DNA from: Candidatus Moanibacter sp.
GTDB taxonomy: Bacteria; Verrucomicrobiota; Verrucomicrobiia; Opitutales; UBA2987
Direction of reading: 5' to 3'
Assembly: GCA_965215885.1 (NCBI GenBank)
Contig: CBDCEW010000088.1
Coordinates: 14,737 to 78,736, forward strand
Length of the DNA stretch: 64,000 nucleotides
Part shown: positions 1-8,186 of the stretch, piece after piece
Layout of the letters: each line of letters starts with the position of its first letter
Position numbering within the stretch: position 1 is the first letter of the stretch
Notes under the pieces: model-generated
The model's input: only the letters and a program-made list of their open reading frames with translations
The model's database searches: none
What the model was told of the DNA's origin: nothing
Made by a program: the position numbers and the translations under genes

Positions 1-328
1 AGGTGTAGGGGGTGGCTCCATTCTCCTGCTCGAAATACTCCCTCATATCCTCACTGAGCTTCATTAAGACATCGTTATCATTCTCAAAGTCGAGCTCTTT
101 GCCGCTGTCTTCTCTTTCCGGCGAATCCTCGGATATTTCGCTCTCTTCCAAACTGATATCATCCATGGGTAGTTCTTCCAGGGCCGGATTTGTCTGAAGC
201 TCCTCCAATATGGTAGTTCTAAGTTCCAACGCGGGGGCCTGCAGAATCTTCAACGACTGGCGCAGTTGCGGAGCCAGGACGAGAGTCTGTGTTTGTCGCT
301 GGACTTGTTGAAGTCCTAAGGCACTCAT
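1..328 (-). CDS. rpoN: RNA polymerase sigma-54 factor, N-terminal part (gene continues past window start)
   Basis: Absent from the ORF track because it runs off the edge. The reverse complement from the ATG at 328-326 reads [52 protein letters not shown], then an acidic stretch. This is the typical sigma-54 region I (Gln/Leu-rich) followed by region II. Confidence 0.85.
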   Translation of the reverse strand, partial: MSALGLQQVQRQTQTLVLAPQLRQSLKILQAPALELRTTILEELQTNPALEELPMDDISLEESEISEDSPEREDSGKELDFENDNDVLMKLSEDMREYFEQENGATPYT

Positions 329-361
329 GGGAAGTTTCTTACACTCCTATCCGATATTGTC

Positions 362-1348
362 TTAAAGAAGCTTGGTGGGGCTACTTGCCAGCCCGGAATC
401 CGGTTCAAAGGCCATACCGTCGGCAAACACATCCTGGAGATAGTCTGCCAGCTTTGCATTAGTGGGACCGTAGCCGTCGCTGTATAGGTAGACTTCCAGT
501 GCTGTGAGCATGTCGTCGCCTGTCTGGTACCTGGCGTCACGCTCTCGTTGAAGGGTCTTATGAAGAATCTCGTTGAGCCTCTCGTCGATACCTGGACGTA
601 ACTCCGTGAAATCCGGTATCTCCATCTCCAGAATATTTTTTCGGGTCTCGGACCCTTCGTCGGCCTCGAAAATATTCCTGTCAAGAAGCAATTCGGCCAT
701 TACGATACCACAGCAGAACAGGTCTGCGCGAGCGTCTGTAATTTGCCTCTCCGCCTGCTCGGGTGAAAGGTATTCATCTTTACCAGCAATGACTTCACCT
801 TCTTCATTATACATGAGGTCGAAAGCCTTGGCGATGCCGAAATCGGTAAGTTTCACATCACCCTCCTGGGCGAGCATGATGTTCTTGGGATTTACATCGC
901 GGTGGACGATACCCAGCAACCTCCCATTCGCGTCTCTTTTGTCATGGGCGTAGGCAAGACCTCGGCAGATCCTTGATATAATAAAGACGGCAATCTCAAT
1001 AGGAATGGGACGGCCGAGACAGCGATGCTGGAAGATAAATTCCTCGAGATTAACCCCGTTAACGTATTCCATAACCATGAAATACTGTCCCTTGATCGTT
1101 CCCAAGTGGTAGGTTTGCACAATGTTGGTATGGATGAGATCGGCCACGAGACGGGCTTCTCCCACGAAATTGTCTCGAAATTCCTTGATAGCGGAAAACT
1201 CCTCGCGGATAAGCTTTATCGCGACGGTCTTGGAGAACTCATCAACACCCAGCTGGAGTGCTTCATAAACAACACCCATTCCACCAGAGGCAATTTTCCG
1301 CACAAGCGGGTAGTGGATTTCATTAAAGAGAGTATCTGGAGCAGCCAC
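362..1348 (-). CDS. Ser/Thr protein kinase (kinase domain only, 328 aa)
   Basis: Hanks-type motifs are present: GGMGVVYEA (Gly loop), VAIKLI (Lys), [10 protein letters not shown] (catalytic loop), DFGIAK (DFG) and YLSPEQ (APE-like). It ends 33 nt upstream of the rpoN start on the same strand. Confidence 0.85.
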   Translation of the reverse strand: MAAPDTLFNEIHYPLVRKIASGGMGVVYEALQLGVDEFSKTVAIKLIREEFSAIKEFRDNFVGEARLVADLIHTNIVQTYHLGTIKGQYFMVMEYVNGVNLEEFIFQHRCLGRPIPIEIAVFIISRICRGLAYAHDKRDANGRLLGIVHRDVNPKNIMLAQEGDVKLTDFGIAKAFDLMYNEEGEVIAGKDEYLSPEQAERQITDARADLFCCGIVMAELLLDRNIFEADEGSETRKNILEMEIPDFTELRPGIDERLNEILHKTLQRERDARYQTGDDMLTALEVYLYSDGYGPTNAKLADYLQDVFADGMAFEPDSGLASSPTKLL

Positions 1349-1489
1349 AAAATGAAATTAGAATTATTTCTGGTGGCGTTGCAAGTGGGATATTACCGCG
1401 AAAATTGCTTCATCGTAATAAATATCGGAACTTTAAGCTCGAAATAATGCGCTGCTAGGCATTTATTTATTCTAAAGGCTGGTTTAGAG

Positions 1490-1807
1490 ATGATTACATT
1501 GACGGAACGGGCAGCGCAGCGTGTAAGCGAAATGCGGGCGGAGATCGATGATCCTGCCAAGATGCTGCGCATCTGCGTGGAGAAGGGCGGATGTTCCGGG
1601 CTGGAGTATGGAATGCGATTTGATGGAAGAGGGGATGACGATGTGGAAATCGAGAGCCGGGGGATTAAGGTAATTCTGGACCGCGGCAGTTTCGATCATC
1701 TGGAAGGCTCCGAGGTCGATTTTGATGACGGGTTGAATGGAAAGGGTTTCGAAATTCACAATCCCAACGCCAACACCACATGTGGATGTGGAAAGTCTTT
1801 CAGTTAG
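1490..1807 (+). CDS. A-type iron-sulfur cluster carrier (HesB/IscA/ErpA family)
   Basis: 105 aa. It has EKGGCSGLEYG and the C-terminal TCGCGKSFS cysteine triad typical of IscA/ErpA. Confidence 0.85.
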   Translation: MITLTERAAQRVSEMRAEIDDPAKMLRICVEKGGCSGLEYGMRFDGRGDDDVEIESRGIKVILDRGSFDHLEGSEVDFDDGLNGKGFEIHNPNANTTCGCGKSFS

Positions 1808-2066
1808 GAATCTGTCGGAACTAACTTTCGGAAGTCACCGAGATAATCCGCTTTCTGGGTGAGTGTGCATCACAAGCGTTTCGACCACCGACATATTCCT
1901 GAACCCGGCTAGCCGGGAAGCAGCAGAGCGGGGAGTGAATTAAATCCGGCGAGAGTTCTCCCAAACTCACCCTTAGGACATTTTCGATCTTGCGGCTGCG
2001 GAAAAGCTCGGTCAGATGAAGACTCCCCGTCTCGGCATGTACGTGTTTAGTGTGCCTTTGACTGCT

Positions 2067-2266
2067 GGCTGCCCCGGTCTTGTGCCGGGGTGGCGCGCGT
2101 TCCCTGCTGTAAACCGTGTGCCTCTACCAACCCCCGCCCGTCCCTTCTCGCCCCAGTCCCGGTGCACCGGGACTGGGGCGAGAAGGGACGGGCGGGGGGA
2201 GCACGGCGGCAATTGCGTATTATAGCTGTATACTGTGCGCCACCCCGGCACAAGACCGGGGCAGCC
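2067..2266. repeat. Nested inverted-repeat element with a 68-bp perfect palindrome core
   Basis: Core 2131-2198 is a perfect palindrome: 32-bp arms cccccgcccgtcccttctcgccccagtcccgg around tgca. Outer arms gctgccccggtcttgtgccggggtggcgc (2067-2095) pair with 2238-2266. Confidence 0.85.
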
Positions 2267-2343
2267 TCAGAAACGCTAAACAGGTACCCCGGCTTGCCGC
2301 GGACGGGGAATTAGCAAGTTCAATCGGGTGTTTCAACCCCCTG

Positions 2344-3015
2344 CTAGACTCGGGCGTGGTGGATGGCAGTGGTGGAGAGTGAGAGGGGCTGGGCCACGAC
2401 TTGAGAGAAGCCGGCCGTCAGCAATTCCTCCGAAAGCGATTGGCGGGTGGGGAACTCCGCGATACTGTTAACCAGATAGCGATAGGCCTCGGGTCTACCG
2501 GTTGCCAGACCAGCAATTCGAGGAAGGAGAAATCGCAGGTAAAAAAAGTAAAACGGTTTAAAAAGAATCATAGGCTGGCTGAATTCGAGGACGAAGAGGG
2601 AGCCGGTGGGTTTTTTGAGGACACGAAGTGTCTCTTTCAGACCACGATTCCGGTCTTCAAGGTTACGGATCCCGAATGCAATGGTTATGGCATCGATGGT
2701 GTCGTCTGCCAAGGGTAGATTCAGGCAATCCCCGGAAACCAATTTGACATCCTCGAGATCGCTTTTGGCATTTCTTTTCTGTTCCGCCCTTGCGAGCATG
2801 GGGGGACAGAAATCCATGCCTGTGACTTCAACTTCAGCCCCGAGACTGCGTTTGAGGGCAAACGCGACATCGCCGCTACCGGTGGCGAGGTCGACTACGA
2901 TCCTGGGATGGCATTGTTTTACGGCGCGGACGAGTCGATTCCTCCAGTAAAAATCGAGGCCGAAGCTAAGGAGGTGGTTTGCGAGATCGTAGCGCCCGGC
3001 AATCTGCGCAAACAT
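2344..3015 (-). CDS. ubiE: Demethylmenaquinone / ubiquinone C-methyltransferase (UbiE/MenG family)
   Basis: N-terminus FAQIAGRYDLANHLLSFGLDFYWR, SAM motif VVDLATGSGDVA, and TIAFGIRN. Length of 223 aa fits the family. Confidence 0.8.
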   Translation of the reverse strand: MFAQIAGRYDLANHLLSFGLDFYWRNRLVRAVKQCHPRIVVDLATGSGDVAFALKRSLGAEVEVTGMDFCPPMLARAEQKRNAKSDLEDVKLVSGDCLNLPLADDTIDAITIAFGIRNLEDRNRGLKETLRVLKKPTGSLFVLEFSQPMILFKPFYFFYLRFLLPRIAGLATGRPEAYRYLVNSIAEFPTRQSLSEELLTAGFSQVVAQPLSLSTTAIHHARV

Positions 3016-3078
3016 CTCTCTTACAGCGTCGGCGCTGATCCGCTGCTGTCCTTTTATCCGTTGCAGTTTATCTTTCTT

Positions 3079-4677
3079 CTAGGCGCTATCATCCTCTTCG
3101 TTATCAAAGCTCTCTACAACGAGACGGGAGAGTTCCTGGTCCGGATTCTCGACAAATTTTCTCGTGATGGTGAAAGCATTCAAGCCCGTATTATTGGATA
3201 CGATCTTAAGACCGTGTTGAAAATCGCGAAACTTACCTTCGCAGACAGCCCGGATTGTCATGTCACTTTCGAGGGAAATTCGAATGAGGGTGTTGCGCGC
3301 ACTACGATCAAACTTCAGGGTCAAACTATGCTCTCTCTTAAATCTATCGGCAAAATCGGAGACATCCTTGTTAAGAACTTTGCGTTGTGCTTCCTTCTGA
3401 TCCTTTAGAATCTCATTCAAGGAGTTTTCGGGATCGGCGATAGTGTCGCTGGTTACGTGGAAGGTTTTAACGGCTGTAGAAGGCAACTCGAACTTGAAGT
3501 TCCTAAAGATGCGCTCCAGAACGGTCATGAGCCCGCGAGCGCCGGTACGCTCTTTGAAGGCGCGTGCGGCGATTTCGTGAACCGCGCCTGGGTCGATGTC
3601 GAAACTGATCCGATAGCCTTTGAAATCCAGTCGATACTGTTCAAGGATGCTTCCTTCCGAGCTCGTAAGAATCTGGGAAAGATCCTCTTCTGAAAGCGCG
3701 TCACATACTTCGCGGACCGGTAATCTGCCGACAAATTCGGGTTCAAATCCATACTTGATAAAATCGGAGGTCTCGACGAACTTGAGAAATTCCGAATTGT
3801 CTGCTTCCTCTCTTTCCGGTTTGCTGCTGAATCCAATCTGCGAAGTTTCGACTCGCTTTCGTATCGTCTCAGCCAATTTGTCGAACGCGCCGCTGACAAT
3901 GAAAAGAATATGCCTCGTGCTGATGGTTCTGTTTCTCGGTTTACCGCCTCGGGTCATCTCCATTACGGCTTGCATCTGTGAGAGCATATCCGTGGGGCTG
4001 AACAAATTGACCTCAGTGTCTTCCATCAGTTTCAGGAGATTTATCTGAACTCCACGCCCGGAGACGTCACGGCCGTGGCCGGTCTGGACGGAGGCAATCT
4101 TATCAATTTCGTCAATGTAGATGATGCCATATTGGGCCAAATCTACATTTCCGCCGGCCATCTTGAACAGGTCGCGCACGAGGTCCTCGACGTCGTAGCC
4201 CACATAACCGGTCTCCGAGAACTTCGTGGCGTCGGCTTTGACAAAGGGCACACCGATCAACTTTGAGATACAGCGCATGAGATAGGTCTTTCCAACGCCC
4301 GTCGGTCCAAGGAGGATGATGTTCTGTTTTTGATATTCCTTGTCCACGAGGTCAGGATTTTCTATACACTGGCGGACGTGGTTGTAGTGATCGCAGATTG
4401 CTACGGAAAGTATCTTTTTCGCTTCTAACTGCTTGACTACAAACCGATTGAGGTAATCGCGAATCTCCTTCGGCCTGAGGTTGAATTCCTCGATGCGGCG
4501 CAGCACGACATCCTCATCCATTTCCTCAACCGCCGAATCGCCCTGAGATTCGCCCGTCTCGGGAGGAGGGCTCTCCAACGGTTTTTGGAAGCTGAAGCTT
4601 ATATTTGGGTTTTTGAGCGCCTCCTGAATCTGTTTTTGCAGGTCCTCAAAGGGGTTCTTAGGTTCTTTATCGCTCAC
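3079..4677 (-). CDS. ClpX-like AAA+ ATPase lacking the N-terminal zinc finger, with a C-terminal extension
   Basis: Walker [12 protein letters not shown], Walker [30 protein letters not shown], an IGF loop (SQIGFSS) and sensor-2 [10 protein letters not shown]. There is no CxxC N-domain. About 110 extra C-terminal residues are present. Confidence 0.7.
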   Translation of the reverse strand: MSDKEPKNPFEDLQKQIQEALKNPNISFSFQKPLESPPPETGESQGDSAVEEMDEDVVLRRIEEFNLRPKEIRDYLNRFVVKQLEAKKILSVAICDHYNHVRQCIENPDLVDKEYQKQNIILLGPTGVGKTYLMRCISKLIGVPFVKADATKFSETGYVGYDVEDLVRDLFKMAGGNVDLAQYGIIYIDEIDKIASVQTGHGRDVSGRGVQINLLKLMEDTEVNLFSPTDMLSQMQAVMEMTRGGKPRNRTISTRHILFIVSGAFDKLAETIRKRVETSQIGFSSKPEREEADNSEFLKFVETSDFIKYGFEPEFVGRLPVREVCDALSEEDLSQILTSSEGSILEQYRLDFKGYRISFDIDPGAVHEIAARAFKERTGARGLMTVLERIFRNFKFELPSTAVKTFHVTSDTIADPENSLNEILKDQKEAQRKVLNKDVSDFADRFKREHSLTLKFDRSARNTLIRISLESDMTIRAVCEGKFRDFQHGLKIVSNNTGLNAFTITRKFVENPDQELSRLVVESFDNEEDDSA

Positions 4678-4775
4678 AATTTATAGTTTGACAGATCTTT
4701 ACGGATTTACAGAAGTATCAGATAGTTAATAACTTTTAACGCAATATAACGCTCTTATACTAAAAAACAACTCAT

Positions 4776-5090
4776 ATGTCAGGGAACCTCACCAAGCGAG
4801 ACATCGTCCTCAATATCTACGATAAGACGGGTTTTGCTCAGAAGGAAGTTCGCGAGGTAGTTCAGTTGACACTGGATTCGATCGCGGAGGCTCTAGCGGG
4901 AGGACGCAATGTTGAGTTACGCAATTTCGGTGTTTTTGCAGCGCAGGTGCGCAAATCACGAATCGGCCGAAACCCCAATAGACCGGAAACCGACGTAATA
5001 ATTCCCAAACGAGCTGTCATAAAATTCAAGGCGGGCAAGGAACTCAAGGGAGCTCTGAAAAGTCTCGATCTTGAAGATATTGATGGCTAG
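4776..5090 (+). CDS. HU/IHF-family DNA-binding protein
   Basis: 104 aa. RNFGVFAAQVRKSRIGRNPNRPETDVIIPKRAVIKFKAGKELK matches the HU/IHF beta-arm signature. Confidence 0.85.
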   Translation: MSGNLTKRDIVLNIYDKTGFAQKEVREVVQLTLDSIAEALAGGRNVELRNFGVFAAQVRKSRIGRNPNRPETDVIIPKRAVIKFKAGKELKGALKSLDLEDIDG

Positions 5091-5138
5091 GTGTTTGGGA
5101 AACCCTCATAGGTTGCGCTGGAATTTAGTCCCTTCCCG

Positions 5139-6461
5139 ATGATCGAAAGTCTCCCGGGATTTCGTGAGTTTTACCCGGAACGTTGCGCTGTTCGCAATTA
5201 CATCTTCGAAACATGGCGGCGAACCGCGAAGAGTTTCGGGTTTTTGGAGTATGATGCTCCACTTCTTGAATCGCTCGAACTCTATGTAGAGAAGAGCGGA
5301 GAGGAGATCACTGAACAGCTCTTTACGTTTGTGGATCGGGGCGGCCGCGAAGTGGCGTTGCGGCCGGAAATGACCCCTTCCCTGGCGCGACTGGTGGGAA
5401 AGCGTGGGCAGAGTCTGAAACGGCCCATCAAGTGGTTTTCGGTGAGTCAGAACTTTCGCTACGAAAAACCGCAGAAGGGCCGGCTGCGGTCGCACTATCA
5501 ATTGAATGCTGATATTCTGGGTGAGCCGGGCCCTACGGCCGATGCCGAGCTCATGGCCCTTTGCATACAGCAACTTACGGAACTGGGTCTGAAGCCGGAG
5601 GATGTTTGGATCCGATTGAGCGATCGTGTGCTTTGGGTAGCCTTTCTATCATGTTTTGGATTTGAGGAACGACAGATCGCGGAATTGCTCGGCATAATCG
5701 ATAAGCGGGAACGGGAAGAGAGAATGGCTACAATCGAGAAACTTCGCACCTATTTCCCCGAATCTGCGGAGGATTTTCTGGATAAGGTTGAAGATCTGGT
5801 GTCGGCGCGGACCATGGAGGATTTGAGATCCACGGTCATAAGGCACGTAGACGGCGGGGATTTGAGAACTGAGGTCGAGCACCGACTGACCGAATGGGAG
5901 GCTCTCCTCGAAAGTCTGGACGCAATGAAACTGATGCCTTTTGTTGGAATTGATCTGGGAATCGTTCGTGGGCTGGCTTATTACACCGGTTTCGTGTTCG
6001 AAGCTTTTGAACGGTCCGGAGAGTCGCGCTCTCTCGCGGGAGGAGGCCGCTATGACGATTTGATAAAGAGGCTGGGATACATGGAGATTCCAGCGGTGGG
6101 TTTTGGCATGGGTGACGTAACCTTGACTGATGCCCTGGAAGCGAGAAATCTGCTCCCGGATATCACGCAGTCTCCTGAAATTTACGTCGTTATAGGCGGT
6201 GAGGCGGAGAGAATTGCGGCTCTCGGTGATATCGGACTTCTACGGAAGCAAAGGTTCAGAGTAGAGTATCCGCTAAAGCTCTCAAAAATCGGGAAACAGC
6301 TCAAATCGGCCGGTCAATCGGGGGCGAGGCTAGCGCTCATTTACGGTTCTGATGAGCTGCAGATACAATCGGTAAAGATCCGGGACCTCGACTCACGGGA
6401 AGAGGAATTGGTGAAGCGAGTGGAGCTGTTGGATAGGGTTAAAGAGCTTTTGGGGTCTTGA
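5139..6461 (+). CDS. hisS: Histidine--tRNA ligase
   Basis: 440 aa. Contains LRPEMTPSLAR, class-II motif 3 GGGRYDDL, and a C-terminal anticodon-binding-like block IYVVIGGE...LIYGSDE. Confidence 0.85.
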   Translation: MIESLPGFREFYPERCAVRNYIFETWRRTAKSFGFLEYDAPLLESLELYVEKSGEEITEQLFTFVDRGGREVALRPEMTPSLARLVGKRGQSLKRPIKWFSVSQNFRYEKPQKGRLRSHYQLNADILGEPGPTADAELMALCIQQLTELGLKPEDVWIRLSDRVLWVAFLSCFGFEERQIAELLGIIDKREREERMATIEKLRTYFPESAEDFLDKVEDLVSARTMEDLRSTVIRHVDGGDLRTEVEHRLTEWEALLESLDAMKLMPFVGIDLGIVRGLAYYTGFVFEAFERSGESRSLAGGGRYDDLIKRLGYMEIPAVGFGMGDVTLTDALEARNLLPDITQSPEIYVVIGGEAERIAALGDIGLLRKQRFRVEYPLKLSKIGKQLKSAGQSGARLALIYGSDELQIQSVKIRDLDSREEELVKRVELLDRVKELLGS

Positions 6462-6817
6462 CTCGGTTGAGCGCCGATGCTGCGTTTTCTATGGAAGAGT
6501 TTGCGTGTAAGTCAGGCGGAGGGAGCGTCGTGGTCCGCATTATTGAGAATGGGCTTGATATACTCTGTGTTGGCGGGAGGGTTTTTGAGGAGGACACGTT
6601 TCTGGTGTTGAGTGAGAAGGTTGCGGTGGAACGCATCAGGAAAAGCAGTGAGCAACTTGTGCGCGACACGGAGCAATGGATTTCAGAGGCCGCCATTCCC
6701 GGAACCGTTCTTGTGCGTGGAAGAGATCCCTTTCGATTGATGGCGATCGTGCACAATTTTAAGCGCTTCGGGTTTAATTCCCCGAAGCTTGCTTCGTTTC
6801 TAATTCATAAAGTCTAA
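6458..6817 (+). CDS. Hypothetical protein (possibly the 5' half of a split gene)
   Basis: The ORF overlaps the hisS stop (ATGA). No family was recognised. See the finding on 6458-7107. Confidence 0.4.
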   Translation: MTRLSADAAFSMEEFACKSGGGSVVVRIIENGLDILCVGGRVFEEDTFLVLSEKVAVERIRKSSEQLVRDTEQWISEAAIPGTVLVRGRDPFRLMAIVHNFKRFGFNSPKLASFLIHKV

Positions 6818-6882
6818 TATCAAATGCCTCGGGGCTTGCCCCGAGGATCTTTACTGAGACGCCTTCGTGGAGAAAAGAGTGG

Positions 6883-7107
6883 GTGGCTGAGGCGCTTGAC
6901 GGTGTATTCGAGCATGCGGAGATGCTCGATATCGAGGCTCTTCTTCTCCCTCTCCTGGGAAGAGTGCATGGTTCGTTGACTCCTTCGGAGTTTGTGTCGC
7001 TCTTCCGGGATGCACTCGAGCGCGTCTGTATCCAGAGCCTGAAGACGATTTTTCTCGAAGTTTCCGGCTCAGATCGATCTGAAGTTGAGCTTGCGATGAG
7101 CGAATGA
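6883..7107 (+). CDS. Hypothetical protein (possibly the 3' half of a split gene)
   Basis: GTG-initiated 74-aa ORF. Its frame stays open upstream to 6811. It overlaps the start of the next gene by 4 nt. Confidence 0.35.
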   Translation: MAEALDGVFEHAEMLDIEALLLPLLGRVHGSLTPSEFVSLFRDALERVCIQSLKTIFLEVSGSDRSEVELAMSE

Positions 7108-7931
7108 AGGACTTTCGGGGTCGAGCTGCCGTCATGGTGCTGTTTACCGTATTACCTTTACGAGGTGATGTCGAATCTATGGCCGAGAGACTGATAGGGG
7201 CACATGAGACCGGCGAATTGTTGCCTCTCGTATCGTCGGAGGATGCCGGTTTGAAATTGGATGCGGCTTACCGCATTCAACGCCTGTTTGTAGAAGAGCG
7301 GTCGAAGAAGGAGCGGATAAGCGGCTATAAGGCGGGCTTGACCACGAAAGCAAGCCAGAGTCGGTTCGGTTTGGGTTCGGCGCTTTCGGGAGTTCTTCTT
7401 GAATCGATGGACCGGACCGGAGAACGAGTCATTGAGTTGAATGAATTCCATCGTCTTTTGATTGAGACAGAAATTGCAATTATTGTGGATGAGCGAATTC
7501 GAGAGCGAGTTGAAGATACATCTGCGTTAAAGGAAATGGTAGGAGCGGTGGCGGCTTCCCTGGAGTTGCCGGATGTGCGGTTTGCGGAGGGAGAGAAGCT
7601 CAGGGGAATTGATTTAGCTGCCAGTAATGTGTCGGCAGCCGCTTACGTTTTGGGAGAGAAAACTGGTGATTTGACGGCGAATCTCTCCGAACTCGAGGTA
7701 ACGCTCACGCTCAATGGTAAGATCGTTAGTGAAGGGCACGGATCGGATGCTTTCGGTGATCCCTGGGAGGCGGCGCTATGGTTGGTGAACAGCCTACTTG
7801 AACAGGGTTGGGCTATCGAGCCGGGCCACGTATTGCTAACCGGGGCGTTGGGAGACATTGTCCCCGCCGAGGCAGGAAATTATGAAGCCGATTTTGGATT
7901 CCTGGGGAAGCTGTCGATCGAGATCCGTTAG
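7104..7931 (+). CDS. 2-keto-4-pentenoate hydratase-like protein (fumarylacetoacetate hydrolase superfamily)
   Basis: 275 aa. Contains DAAYRIQRLF and SGYKAGLT with C-terminal LLTGALG, the typical MhpD/HpcG-like pattern. The N-terminus is hydrophobic. Confidence 0.6.
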   Translation: MKDFRGRAAVMVLFTVLPLRGDVESMAERLIGAHETGELLPLVSSEDAGLKLDAAYRIQRLFVEERSKKERISGYKAGLTTKASQSRFGLGSALSGVLLESMDRTGERVIELNEFHRLLIETEIAIIVDERIRERVEDTSALKEMVGAVAASLELPDVRFAEGEKLRGIDLAASNVSAAAYVLGEKTGDLTANLSELEVTLTLNGKIVSEGHGSDAFGDPWEAALWLVNSLLEQGWAIEPGHVLLTGALGDIVPAEAGNYEADFGFLGKLSIEIR

Positions 7932-7940
7932 GAATCTGTC

Positions 7941-7983
7941 GGACCCTGACTCGAAAATTCCACAGATTTTCGAGTCAGGGTCC
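7941..7983. terminator. Perfect 18-bp-stem hairpin between convergent genes (no U-tract)
   Basis: ggaccctgactcgaaaat (7941-7958) pairs perfectly with attttcgagtcagggtcc (7966-7983), with a 7-nt loop. Confidence 0.35.
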
Positions 7984-7996
7984 GACTATAAGGCTG

Positions 7997-8186
7997 CTAG
8001 CCAGCAAATTTCACAAGCCATCTGCTACGATCCCGGCGCGCCGGGACACATCAAGGACTTGCCTCGTCCGCCGACTTCCACGTGTTCCAACACCCCGTCA
8101 TCCGCCGGACTTTGGTAAGCCCTTGATCCGCCGTCCCGGCAAGCCGGGACTGTCTCGCGACGAAGTGTGTGAAATATGCGGGCTAG
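7997..8186. repeat. MITE-like repeat, family B (terminal IR CTAGCC..ATTTCACA), copy 1
   Basis: The ends ctagccagcaaatttcaca and tgtgaaatatgcgggctag are inverted repeats. The element contains the GTCCCGGCAAGCCGGGAC hairpin at 8133-8150. Related copies lie at 36861-36946 and 39838-40021. Confidence 0.75.

Noticed and set aside
573-953. 126-aa ORF on the plus strand
   Set aside because: It is antisense to the Ser/Thr kinase gene and is a Ser-rich, low-complexity translation.
1900-1935. ccgggaagcagcagagcgg, which resembles the SRP RNA domain IV string GGAAGCAGC
   Set aside because: The surrounding sequence lacks the symmetric and asymmetric loop context and the GNAR-capped helix. The hairpin cccggctagccggg belongs to the REP-like family.
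2012-2382. Cluster of 68-88-aa ORFs on both strands
   Set aside because: All of them lie inside the nested palindromic repeat. Mirror-image peptides such as RPSLLAPVPVHRDWGEKGRAG appear on both strands, showing they are by-products of the palindrome.
3730-3750. GGGTTCAAATCC, a tRNA T-arm-like string
   Set aside because: It lies inside the ClpX-like CDS and no acceptor or anticodon stems can be drawn around it. No tRNA genes were found elsewhere either.
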